Positions 55,391 through 64,000 of a stretch of DNA of 64,000 bases are shown piece after piece. Origin of the DNA: a virus. Below the pieces are notes generated by a model that saw nothing but the letters and a program-made list of their open reading frames with translations, was not told the origin of the DNA and ran no database searches. A program made the translations under genes and the position numbers. The first letter of the stretch is position 1, and every line of letters starts with the position of its first letter. The stretch covers positions 1 to 64,000 of the IMG/VR virus record IMGVR_UViG_3300025435_000010, one strand, 5' to 3'.

Positions 55391-55983
55391 TTTATTATAA
55401 CTCCAATACCTTTCTCTTGATTTTGTTCAAATAAAAATTCTTTATACTCAGCAAACTCGCCTTGTTGCTTAATTTCTTGCCATAAATCATGTACCCCGCC
55501 TTCCTCATTTTTGCCAATATCATGAAAAGCAACAATACCACCCTTACGAACAAGTGAGCCATACATTTCGTAATCTCTCTTTACACCATGATAAGTATGG
55601 TCACCATCGATAAAAAGAAAATCAATTTGTTCATTCTTAAATATATCTTTTGCTTTATCAAAGGTAGATTGTTTTTGTGAAGCATCAGGAATTAGATATA
55701 ATTTTGTTTTTTTTGCTTTTGCCCAAGCCGGCCAAGCATTTTTATAATTATCTTCCTGCTTAGCTACACGCCAATCATGAGGCCCTACGAAATTACGTAC
55801 TGGTAAATCGATTGATAAAACCGTAGAGCCTTCTTGACTATAATGAATAAAGTGTTGCAATGTCCATCCATATAGAGATCCAATCTCTATAATTTTAGAT
55901 GGGTTGAGGTTTTTATACTCATTAAGTAAACCTTCAAATTCTTGAAAATTTTGACTGTTAAGTTCATTTTCTGCTATAATCAT
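55387..55983 (-). CDS. Class I SAM-dependent methyltransferase (Methyltransf_24-like)
   Basis: IEIGS..G, FIDGDH.Y, GG...FHD. Confidence 0.85.
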   Translation of the reverse strand: MIIAENELNSQNFQEFEGLLNEYKNLNPSKIIEIGSLYGWTLQHFIHYSQEGSTVLSIDLPVRNFVGPHDWRVAKQEDNYKNAWPAWAKAKKTKLYLIPDASQKQSTFDKAKDIFKNEQIDFLFIDGDHTYHGVKRDYEMYGSLVRKGGIVAFHDIGKNEEGGVHDLWQEIKQQGEFAEYKEFLFEQNQEKGIGVIIK

Positions 55984-56812
55984 TTTTTATTTGTTTTAGG
56001 GTTTTTATTACTTGCTCTTGACTAATATATGGTGGTTGATTTGGATAATGACCGTGTTTTTTAAGATATAACTCCCGGCCACCGTATACATTTTTCTCCC
56101 ACTGTTCAGATTTATTTGCAATTGAAGAATTATCAATAGCACCTGGTGCCTCAGTTAATAGCTCATGACTATTTGCAAGATCTGCAAACCACCAAAAAGG
56201 AGGATGATAGCCTGCCTTAATGATGCAATATGTATGATCTACGTGCTCCCAAGCGTTGTAAAATTGCTCGTCAATATACCCGACTTCTTCAATTACTTTT
56301 CTTGTAAAGAAAGAAAACATAGCCACTGTATGCTCATATAATGCAATCTTAACCGTCTTATAATCAATTATAAGTTTAGGATTTGGCTCTGTATCTTGAC
56401 TTAGAAGATGTCGATTATGCAGATCAAAATTCTGAATTGATTGCTTACGATTAAAAGGTGAACCAGGTCCATAGTTGAAATGCTGTATTCCTGATACTTT
56501 ACTCGCTTCAATATATTGCTTAAAAATTGAAGAATCTTTAATAAGCATATCATCTTCAATAATAAAAATATAATCGCATCCTTTTTCAAAAAGATCTTGT
56601 ATTGCTAGGTTTTTTGCTTTACCGACACCTATTCTCCCACTAGTGTGTTTTACAAAATTGACTTTTGGATGCGTATGTATAGTTTTCTTATCACCATCGT
56701 CAATAATGATGAGTTCGCTAATATTGGCGCTTACTCTATCAATGGTATCTAGTAAATTATTAAGATACTCAGGCCTTTCACATGTAATTATACCAACTCC
56801 TATTTTATCCAT
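55964..56812 (-). CDS. GT2 glycosyltransferase
   Basis: GIIT..R, IIDD, AKN, EDD, GYIDE; start corrected to MDKIG. Confidence 0.85.
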   Translation of the reverse strand: MDKIGVGIITCERPEYLNNLLDTIDRVSANISELIIIDDGDKKTIHTHPKVNFVKHTSGRIGVGKAKNLAIQDLFEKGCDYIFIIEDDMLIKDSSIFKQYIEASKVSGIQHFNYGPGSPFNRKQSIQNFDLHNRHLLSQDTEPNPKLIIDYKTVKIALYEHTVAMFSFFTRKVIEEVGYIDEQFYNAWEHVDHTYCIIKAGYHPPFWWFADLANSHELLTEAPGAIDNSSIANKSEQWEKNVYGGRELYLKKHGHYPNQPPYISQEQVIKTLKQIKNDYSRK

Positions 56813-56846
56813 GGTTAATTTATATATTGTATCATAAATATAATCA

Positions 56847-57827
56847 ATGGCAACAAATCCATCCAATAGTACTTCAGTTAGTATAGTTAATTTACCGCAA
56901 GCGCAGCTTGCTACTGCTACAGATTATTTGATCTTACAAACATCAAATGGTACACAAATCATTCCTTTTGGTAATTTTAATGTCGTACGTACAGATATTA
57001 ACGGAAATGCGACTATTGTAGGTAATGTTACTGGTTCAAATGCATATTTTACGGGTAATGTTGGTGTTAATTCGTTGACAGCATCAAGCTTTTATACATC
57101 GAATCCATCATATGGCGTTGATATCGGTTGGACGGATTTAGCTCCAATATTAGGTATTAATAGCAATAATTATTATGACAGTTTTACTGTTGTTAATGGA
57201 CTGGTAATAAGCGCTACACCAACGAGTGTTGATTATTTTAATAACCCTATTTATACATCTTTAAATGTACAGCTCACTGCTCTTTCTGCACAAACTGTTG
57301 GTGTTGGTGGTACTGTATACTCAGCATTAACAAGCTTATCATCAACAACAAGTACAAATCTTTATAATACGTCAGCAGCACTTACAACACAAACACAAGC
57401 AGGTACAGCATATGCCTATGCACTTAATAATACAAACCTGCAGTTAATGACTGCTTATGCTACAGCTTTTTATGATAGCACGACCACTGGTACCATCTAC
57501 CAATTAGTAGGTAACCCAGCTGGTGCCGTTGGTGCCGCGACAATAACTTTTCCAAACTTTTTTGTAAATAGTGCTCTTAAAGCAAATAATATTCAAGCAT
57601 CAAATTTCATTATAACACCTAATGCAACAACGTATGCACAGGCTTCAGCGTTTTCAGTTATTTCACCGTTTGTATCAGCAGGTACAATTAATACAGATCC
57701 GAGCGGAAAGAATTTATTAGTTACTATTGCTGCTATTTCTAATACGAGTACGTGGCCTGCCGGATTTACAAGTAATCCAATTCCCATTAACGTGCGCATA
57801 CTCGCAACGTATAATGGTTATTATTAA
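56847..57827 (+). CDS. Late S/T/N-rich virion protein (fibre/baseplate-like)
   Basis: TAAATA promoter; SI.NLP....DYLI N-terminus typical of fibre proteins. Confidence 0.6.
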   Translation: MATNPSNSTSVSIVNLPQAQLATATDYLILQTSNGTQIIPFGNFNVVRTDINGNATIVGNVTGSNAYFTGNVGVNSLTASSFYTSNPSYGVDIGWTDLAPILGINSNNYYDSFTVVNGLVISATPTSVDYFNNPIYTSLNVQLTALSAQTVGVGGTVYSALTSLSSTTSTNLYNTSAALTTQTQAGTAYAYALNNTNLQLMTAYATAFYDSTTTGTIYQLVGNPAGAVGAATITFPNFFVNSALKANNIQASNFIITPNATTYAQASAFSVISPFVSAGTINTDPSGKNLLVTIAAISNTSTWPAGFTSNPIPINVRILATYNGYY

Positions 57828-57828
57828 T

Positions 57829-58578
57829 TTATTCGCCTAAATTTTTAGCACGAATAATTCCAGTACGGAATTTCTCTTCATTAACTTCAGCCTGTTGCGT
57901 ATCTTTCTGATCAGTTATCAACTTAGCCATTAAATCTAAATTTTTTTCATCAAGAATACTTGTCTCATCAACAACTGCATTACCTTCGCTATTAATATAA
58001 AGTTCGATCATCGCAATACGTTCTTCTCTTGATCCAAATACTTCAATGACAGGCGGACGATCTTCATCAGGAAAGAACGGTGATGTACCGGTGCGTGTAT
58101 AAGTATGCTCGATAGCTTTAAATAGATTATCAATTTCCTTAATATACTCTTCGTTAATATTTCGCGATTCGCGAGCTTCTTTAGGAATAGGTGAAAACTT
58201 AGTAATAGGTGTAAAGAAAATAATATCAAGTGAATGCATTGTTTCTTTTATAAGAGGTATACACTTCTTAATAAATTCATCACTTATTTGTGATGAATTT
58301 TTGCTATTAGCCCAGAGCGAATATACAAGATTATCTAATGGGCATCGATCGAAGAGTACATAATCATCTTTTGATGTTTTCTGAATATCATTAAGAAGAC
58401 AATTGAGAATGCGCCATTGACCGTCTTCTGTTACTTGATCGTTAAGTGGTATATTTTCTTCTTTAATTATTTTACGATACGATTCATCCGACCTCTTGTA
58501 CATTGGCCATTTTTTAATAATATCATCAATTAGTGTACTTTTACCTTGACAGGCTGAACCGGAAATCGCAATACGCAT
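57829..58578 (-). CDS. P-loop nucleotide kinase (AAA_28-like), paralog of 30796
   Basis: GSACQGKST, FDRCPLD, G..EER. Confidence 0.8.
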   Translation of the reverse strand: MRIAISGSACQGKSTLIDDIIKKWPMYKRSDESYRKIIKEENIPLNDQVTEDGQWRILNCLLNDIQKTSKDDYVLFDRCPLDNLVYSLWANSKNSSQISDEFIKKCIPLIKETMHSLDIIFFTPITKFSPIPKEARESRNINEEYIKEIDNLFKAIEHTYTRTGTSPFFPDEDRPPVIEVFGSREERIAMIELYINSEGNAVVDETSILDEKNLDLMAKLITDQKDTQQAEVNEEKFRTGIIRAKNLGE

Positions 58579-58613
58579 ATAGTCTATTTAATAATAAATT
58601 TTATTTTATCAAA

Positions 58614-59366
58614 TTACACACGCAGTGCTTTATCCCAAATTACCAATTGCAAACGAGGACTAAAATTCACGCAGAGCGCTTTTGCATACTCTGCTACTGC
58701 TACACTACGCTCAACGTGCTCGTTTCGCGACCCGCAACACGGCATAAACCAAATATGACTCTTCGGTATATTAATACCGTGCTTATCATCAACATACTTC
58801 TCCCAAATCTCATTAATATCCTCAGCAACATTAATAACAAACTTAAAACCCGAATGGTGAGCTTTATGCCATTTAAGAACTTCAGGCTTATAAGTTTTTT
58901 CCTCTGGATCGCCATTAGAGCGAAGCTTAGGGGATGTAGTAAACGTTGCCTTAAATTCTGTTACCCAACGTTCGTCTGGTAAAATTGTCGCGTTTGTCTC
59001 AAAGTCGATACGCGGTATAAAACCATAACGCTCTCTAAATGCTTCCATAAAGCGTAAAAGTGGTTCTTGTCTAAGCATCGGTTCACCGCCGGTGATTTTT
59101 AAAATAGCTCTGTCCTTAAGATGTTTAATAAAGTTATTTTTTTCATAAAATTCAAACATATCCTCGAAACTCCATTTATTTCTTTTCGACCATGAGATAT
59201 ATGAGTCACAGCCATGAGGCGAGTCTGGGCTTGCAAACGCTTTACAGGTTAAGTTACAACCGAAAAGTCTCAAGAATACTGATGGTTGACCTATAAACAT
59301 ACCTTCACCTTCGATAGTAAGGAATCCGGGCCCATCGTCACTGATTAGCAAATAATTTTCATCCAT
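58614..59366 (-). CDS. queE: 7-carboxy-7-deazaguanine synthase (radical SAM)
   Basis: TIEGEG...FLRL.GCNLTC...CD, TGGEP, ETN, SPKL, RLQ. Confidence 0.92.
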   Translation of the reverse strand: MDENYLLISDDGPGFLTIEGEGMFIGQPSVFLRLFGCNLTCKAFASPDSPHGCDSYISWSKRNKWSFEDMFEFYEKNNFIKHLKDRAILKITGGEPMLRQEPLLRFMEAFRERYGFIPRIDFETNATILPDERWVTEFKATFTTSPKLRSNGDPEEKTYKPEVLKWHKAHHSGFKFVINVAEDINEIWEKYVDDKHGINIPKSHIWFMPCCGSRNEHVERSVAVAEYAKALCVNFSPRLQLVIWDKALRV

Positions 59367-59440
59367 AAAAATATTATGTATGCTATTATAGCGATTTCAA
59401 CTTTTTACTTAAATCCATTACAAATTATATAAATATTAAT

Positions 59441-60112
59441 ATGACATATAACGGCTTTGTTTATATATGGTTTGATACTTATAGAAAGATGTTTTATATT
59501 GGTTCGCATAAAGGTAGCGTTGATGACAAATATATTTGCTCGAGTAGACGGATGTATCGTGCTTATAAAGCGCGATCGATGGATTTTAAGCGTCGTATTT
59601 TGAAATATGTAGAAGATAAAAGTGATATAATATACTGGGAGCAATATTATCTAAATATGATTAAGGATACCGAGCTACTATATAAGGGTGGTAAGTATTA
59701 TAACGTAAAACGAATTGCTGCTGGCGGTGATACAACCGCTCATTTACCGGATCGCGAGGAAGTTATTAAGCGAAGGTACGGTAAAAAGCACAGTGAATCA
59801 ATAAAACGTGCTATAAAAAATAGAAGTATTGAGATTAAAACATTGCATCAACAACGACGAAAAATATCTTTACAAAAAACCTTTTCTAATCCTTGCTATA
59901 GTAACTATCAAGATAAGCCGTTTGACGTTTTTTTGAATAACGTATTTTATAAAAGATACAGAAATAAAGAGCAGTTTATATGCGAGCAACAATGCGAACG
60001 AACGAACTTTAATCAAAATTTTCGTAAGGGTATCTGGATAATTAAGCAAAAGCGTAAGCATAACTTTGTACCTGGTGATGTTCTTACATTTAAGTATGTT
60101 GTGTTTGATTAA
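59441..60112 (+). CDS. GIY-YIG (Seg-like) homing endonuclease
   Basis: GFVY...YIGSH.G...Y..SS, E..L, YYN. Confidence 0.8.
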   Translation: MTYNGFVYIWFDTYRKMFYIGSHKGSVDDKYICSSRRMYRAYKARSMDFKRRILKYVEDKSDIIYWEQYYLNMIKDTELLYKGGKYYNVKRIAAGGDTTAHLPDREEVIKRRYGKKHSESIKRAIKNRSIEIKTLHQQRRKISLQKTFSNPCYSNYQDKPFDVFLNNVFYKRYRNKEQFICEQQCERTNFNQNFRKGIWIIKQKRKHNFVPGDVLTFKYVVFD

Positions 60113-60122
60113 ATATTAATAG

Positions 60123-60959
60123 ATGAAAAAAACAAAACGCACTGCGAAAGCAGCCGCCGTTGTAACATCTAAAATTAATGATAATACATTAGTTAAGGAT
60201 AATTCACCCTATGTAGCCCAGAGAGAAAAAATTGATTTTACTCTTAATGTTCGAGAGCTTCCTTGGACAGATAAACAGAAAGAGATTATAAGTCTTTTTC
60301 TTGATAAGAATACAAAACTTATGATTCTCAAGGGACCAGCTGGTACATCGAAAACTATTCTGTCGATGTATCTCGGTTTACAGCTTCTGAATTTAAAGAA
60401 AGTATCTGATATTGTTCTTGTGCGTTCAGCGGTAGAGAGTTCAGATTCAAAGCTTGGTTATCTACCTGGTGATATTAATGAAAAGGTTAATGTTTATATG
60501 ACGCCATTTAATGAAAAATTTTCTGAACTCGTCACAGAGCCTCAAATTCATCGCTTACATAAAGATAATCGCATTACAATTTGCCCTATTAATTTTGCAC
60601 GCGGTCTTCACTTTGCTGTAAAGTTTGTATGTTGCGATGAGAGTCAAAATCTTACAATTCGTGAACTTCAGACACTCTTCACCCGTATGGGTGAATTCAG
60701 TAAAATGATTATATGCGGTGACCCAGATCAATCCGATTTACCATATGGTAAATCAGGCTTTAATACTGTATATAAGGCTTTTGATAATGACGATGCTAAA
60801 GCTCATGGTGTACATTGCGTAGAATTAACAGAGGACCATATTGTTCGCTCTGAGCTCTGCCGTTATGTTACCCATGTATTCAAGGGAATTATACCTATAA
60901 CAAATACAAAAGAAATAAATTCTAAAGAATACAGACCATCAGAGTTTAAATCTCATTAA
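60123..60959 (+). CDS. phoH: PhoH-family ATPase
   Basis: GPAGTSKT, LGYLPG, RG, DESQN, TR.G, GDPDQSD, IVRS. Confidence 0.93.
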   Translation: MKKTKRTAKAAAVVTSKINDNTLVKDNSPYVAQREKIDFTLNVRELPWTDKQKEIISLFLDKNTKLMILKGPAGTSKTILSMYLGLQLLNLKKVSDIVLVRSAVESSDSKLGYLPGDINEKVNVYMTPFNEKFSELVTEPQIHRLHKDNRITICPINFARGLHFAVKFVCCDESQNLTIRELQTLFTRMGEFSKMIICGDPDQSDLPYGKSGFNTVYKAFDNDDAKAHGVHCVELTEDHIVRSELCRYVTHVFKGIIPITNTKEINSKEYRPSEFKSH

Positions 60960-61350
60960 GAGCTTTTAGTTCTGCAAGTGCTCTAATAACTGCATCATTA
61001 GCTTGTTGTATATCGCTTGCAGATTGATCTTTTAATGTTGGTTTAAAATTAATATTTGTTTGACTATCAGACGTAAGTCCGTATTCTTGAGCTATTTTTG
61101 ACAATGTTATTTGTAATTGATCTACAAGGGGATCTGGCTGTCTCTCAATAAGAGCATCCATGCTTATATTAGCCGGTGATGCTGTTACTGCTACATGCCC
61201 GATTGGCTTAACTTGTGTATTATATATAGTTTCAAGTTTTTGATCATTATTAAAAAAAGAATCAACAAAATCAGGAGCTAACTTACCTTGAATTTTTAAA
61301 TGGTCTGATATTTCACCGCCATAAAGCTGGTGAGTAAACTCTGCGTTCAC
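60946..61350 (-). CDS. Hypothetical protein
   Basis: GTG start overlapping the queD stop. Confidence 0.6.
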   Translation of the reverse strand: MNAEFTHQLYGGEISDHLKIQGKLAPDFVDSFFNNDQKLETIYNTQVKPIGHVAVTASPANISMDALIERQPDPLVDQLQITLSKIAQEYGLTSDSQTNINFKPTLKDQSASDIQQANDAVIRALAELKALNEI

Positions 61351-62024
61351 CGACTTCCCCAGCTAATGTTATCAAATAACCCTGAATAACCATTTGTTAC
61401 ATTATTACGTAGTGGGACAGGCTGATTATTAGGTGTAGGGTTAGTTGTTGTTACAGTAGTTTGTGTGATTTGTTCAAGTTCCTCAACAGGGATATGTGTC
61501 GAAGCAGCTTGTTCGTTGACAGTTGTCGGTGTTTCGGTTATCTGTTTGTCAGAACTATTAACAATCGACCAAGCTGTTGTTCTGACTGATTCAGAATAAA
61601 TTGCTGAATTCGCTTCATGCTCAAATACTTCTACTTTTTCTACCCAACAACGATCACCATACTTTTCATTAAGATATGTTTGAGCTGCTTTGTAGCACCA
61701 TTCAGCTGTTTTTTCAATTCCAACAGCATCCATGACACGTAGATCGCATCCACCAGCATCATGTAATTGATGAAATAATGGTAATAATGGATCATCTTTT
61801 GAGATGCAAAGTGTATGATCGAATTGTTTATTAAGAATAGCTTTAAGGTCCTTTAATCCACCGAAATCAACTGACCAGTTATTACTGTCGAGTTCGCGAC
61901 ATTCAAAATGGAATTTTGCCTTAAGTTGATAACCGTGAACTAGATGACAATGACTATGGGTAGCTCCAAATTGTCTGAAGGCACAAGATCCAAGATCGAT
62001 AAGTTTAGTACTCTGATAACTCAT
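61347..62024 (-). CDS. queD: 6-carboxy-tetrahydropterin synthase with low-complexity C-terminal extension
   Basis: HCHLVHGY, VDFGGLK, FDH, E.FEH..NSA. Confidence 0.9.
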   Translation of the reverse strand: MSYQSTKLIDLGSCAFRQFGATHSHCHLVHGYQLKAKFHFECRELDSNNWSVDFGGLKDLKAILNKQFDHTLCISKDDPLLPLFHQLHDAGGCDLRVMDAVGIEKTAEWCYKAAQTYLNEKYGDRCWVEKVEVFEHEANSAIYSESVRTTAWSIVNSSDKQITETPTTVNEQAASTHIPVEELEQITQTTVTTTNPTPNNQPVPLRNNVTNGYSGLFDNISWGSR

Positions 62025-62140
62025 AAAGATAGTATGACACGGAAAAGTTGAAAATCAACAGAAAAAGTTATTATTTGTCCACCGTTCCTCTTCTCAACTC
62101 CATATTCTCTATTAGTTATTCCGCGTGAAAAATAAATCAA

Positions 62141-62338
62141 CTAGGAGAGTAGCGTTTTCAATAAATTATTTACCCTCTGATTAAAACTTTCATGAGCGTG
62201 TTTGCTTATCTCAATGGCTGCAATACGTTTTTGAGCTTTTTCCTTAGATGATGAAGCCCCGGGTACTGTATGCATCTTACCGTTTTTCTTATAACGTACC
62301 TTATAACCTGCTTTGGATTTTTGTATATTATATGGCAT
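62141..62338 (-). CDS. Small basic late protein
   Basis: MPYNI.K...S.EKA.KR..AI pattern. Confidence 0.65.
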   Translation of the reverse strand: MPYNIQKSKAGYKVRYKKNGKMHTVPGASSSKEKAQKRIAAIEISKHAHESFNQRVNNLLKTLLS

Positions 62339-62341
62339 AAT

Positions 62342-63196
62342 TTATCGTCTTCTGTTAGGTGGTGTCCTATTAGTTAATGGATGAGATGGTAGTTTCATTT
62401 CTAATTCATCCTTTCTTGTTGGTGGTTTAACAGGTACACCTGTCTTTGTATGTGTAGCACCTTTTGTTACCGGTACAGCAGGGGTCATAACTTTAGGTGC
62501 CTGTTGTGTGGTATTAGTTGTTGATGCTGATTGTTGAGTAGCAGTAGTTTTTTGTACTTCAGGTGTTTTACCGGCTAAAAGATCTTGAACTACAGGGTCT
62601 TCTTTCTTACTATCCGCTTGTCGATAAAATAATGTAGAGTTTCTGCTAATATCTCTATCTGTAAGCCCTGGTACTGCTTTTTTGAGTGCCTTGTTGACAC
62701 CATTCATATCATTAGCAATGTCAATCTCACGCCTTTGATTTGCTGATAGCTTTGGATATTTTGTTTTAATAAATTCGCGGTACGGGTTTAAATATTTTTG
62801 TTTGAATTCATAGCTTTGACCGTATCTTCTAATAGCATTATCAATTCTTTCAGGTGTAGCAGCGATTGTCTTTCCTACACTTGCAACAGCTCCACCAATA
62901 TTCGTCACCGCACCACCAACTCTATTAGCTATAGCAGCACCTTGCGTACCTCCTAACGCGCCATAAACCTTCCCAGCACCTTGTATTGCTTTACCTGCTA
63001 GTTGTCCTAATTTACCTAATCCTTGAACTGCTCGACCTGGAGCCTGAGCAGCACCCTTTATAATACCTTTAGCTATTTTCTTACCGATGGGCTTTTTTGA
63101 AGCTGCATCAGATGCGCGCTTTGCAGCATTCATATAATCGGATAACGTACCTTCATTTAAAGCAAGTTTTGCTAAATTATTAAAATTATTATTCAT
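62342..63196 (-). CDS. Basic Ala/Gly/Lys-rich late protein (putative internal/ejection protein)
   Basis: TATAAATA upstream; start MNNNFNNLAKLALNE. Confidence 0.65.
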   Translation of the reverse strand: MNNNFNNLAKLALNEGTLSDYMNAAKRASDAASKKPIGKKIAKGIIKGAAQAPGRAVQGLGKLGQLAGKAIQGAGKVYGALGGTQGAAIANRVGGAVTNIGGAVASVGKTIAATPERIDNAIRRYGQSYEFKQKYLNPYREFIKTKYPKLSANQRREIDIANDMNGVNKALKKAVPGLTDRDISRNSTLFYRQADSKKEDPVVQDLLAGKTPEVQKTTATQQSASTTNTTQQAPKVMTPAVPVTKGATHTKTGVPVKPPTRKDELEMKLPSHPLTNRTPPNRRR

Positions 63197-63617
63197 TGGC
63201 AATATAATATTTATAGAGATTTGTAATATCTTCATCCGTTAAACCTCTATCTTTTAGAAAGACCTCTACGTCATCAATGGATTCAGCTGCTTGAAGAATT
63301 TGTAATAAAGGATCATCTATTGTTACATCAAGAGCTAGTAAGATAAATTCCTTTAAACCGTTGAGATTATTATTAATATTGGCAAGTCTTTCAAGATGCT
63401 CATTCGGAATATCCATTACTGACATATTACCTTCATGATCTGGTACTACAACGAGTACTTTTGTAAATTCTTGATCTTCAGCTAAAACATATCCTTCATA
63501 ACCATTACAGTTTGAAAGATCAGCACTTTGACTGACGCTAATAGGGTCAACTTTGATACGTACTTTTTTTAAAGTTACCTTCTGTAAACTCTCTAAAATG
63601 ACTTGATTATACTTCAT
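63189..63617 (-). CDS. Late hypothetical protein
   Basis: TAAATA 6 nt upstream; MKYNQVILE. Confidence 0.7.
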   Translation of the reverse strand: MKYNQVILESLQKVTLKKVRIKVDPISVSQSADLSNCNGYEGYVLAEDQEFTKVLVVVPDHEGNMSVMDIPNEHLERLANINNNLNGLKEFILLALDVTIDDPLLQILQAAESIDDVEVFLKDRGLTDEDITNLYKYYIANE

Positions 63618-63665
63618 CCTTATTATTTATGTTGAATTAAGCTAAGTCGCTAGTATAATAAGCAT

Positions 63666-64000
63666 ATGTCTGAATATACAAAAGAGTATAAACTTAAATT
63701 TGCTAACGGAAATCATCCTCATTCATCTGAAGAGAGACAAGCTATTATCGATAACGCTTCAAAAGCATATGAAGCCTATCTAGACGCTCTTGGCTTTGAT
63801 TGGCGTAACGATCCAAACAGTACCGGTACACCATTGAGAGTAGCTAAAGCATTCGTCAATGATCTTGCAAGTGGTTGTTATGATAACCCTCCGAAGATTA
63901 CATCATTTCCTAGTAATGGATATGATGGAATGGTGTTTCAAGGTGGTATCCCTGTAAAGTCACTCTGTAGCCATCATCACCTTGCTTTTACCGGTGTCGC
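63666..64000 (+). CDS. folE: GTP cyclohydrolase I (5' part, runs off the window)
   Basis: Hand translation ...DPNSTGTPLRVAKA...YDGMV...SLCSHHHLAFTG. Confidence 0.92.
   Translation, partial: MSEYTKEYKLKFANGNHPHSSEERQAIIDNASKAYEAYLDALGFDWRNDPNSTGTPLRVAKAFVNDLASGCYDNPPKITSFPSNGYDGMVFQGGIPVKSLCSHHHLAFTGV

Noticed and set aside
62025-62140. preQ1 riboswitch upstream of queD (also checked queE, folE and the dpdA operon)
   Set aside because: No recognisable aptamer, and the promoters abut the start codons, leaving no leader.
1-64000. Stop-codon reassignment, or introns/inteins in core genes
   Set aside because: Conserved genes are full-length in the standard code, TAA, TAG and TGA all end genes at sensible positions, and no interrupted core gene was seen.

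Overview
64 kb of a large, AT-rich, lytic T4-like myophage genome. No integrase or host housekeeping backbone is visible. The host is unknown; two small genes hint at Verrucomicrobia/PVC. Layout: (1) 1-2.9 kb: small ORFs, tRNA-Asn, tRNA-Gln and a homing-type endonuclease. (2) 2.9-14.2 kb: an early-gene array of about 35 small ORFs punctuated by about 24 copies of a ~50-bp promoter repeat (TTGAAA-17-TATACT-6 nt-ATG AAA AAT AA), which predicts leaderless MKNKN... mRNAs. Two non-coding structured loci lie at ~10.4-11.4 kb and ~14.1 kb. (3) 14.4-26 kb: accessory genes (MoaD-like ubiquitin fold, DUF401-like permease plus outer-membrane barrel, SemiSWEET, PRTase, PD-(D/E)XK nuclease), putative internal head proteins and tail fibres. 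(4) A gp5-like hub, then a 7-deazaguanine DNA-modification operon (TGT/DpdA-like, PurN-like formyltransferase, DUF1599, kinase, QueF). (5) T4-type head/neck module (gp23, 22, 21, 4, 13, 20, 15), DinG-like helicase, GroES-like, gp62-like and DUF366. (6) A 14-gene glycosylation island. (7) A second kinase, queE, GIY-YIG endonuclease, phoH, queD and truncated folE. All family calls come from motif recognition by eye, not from database searches.
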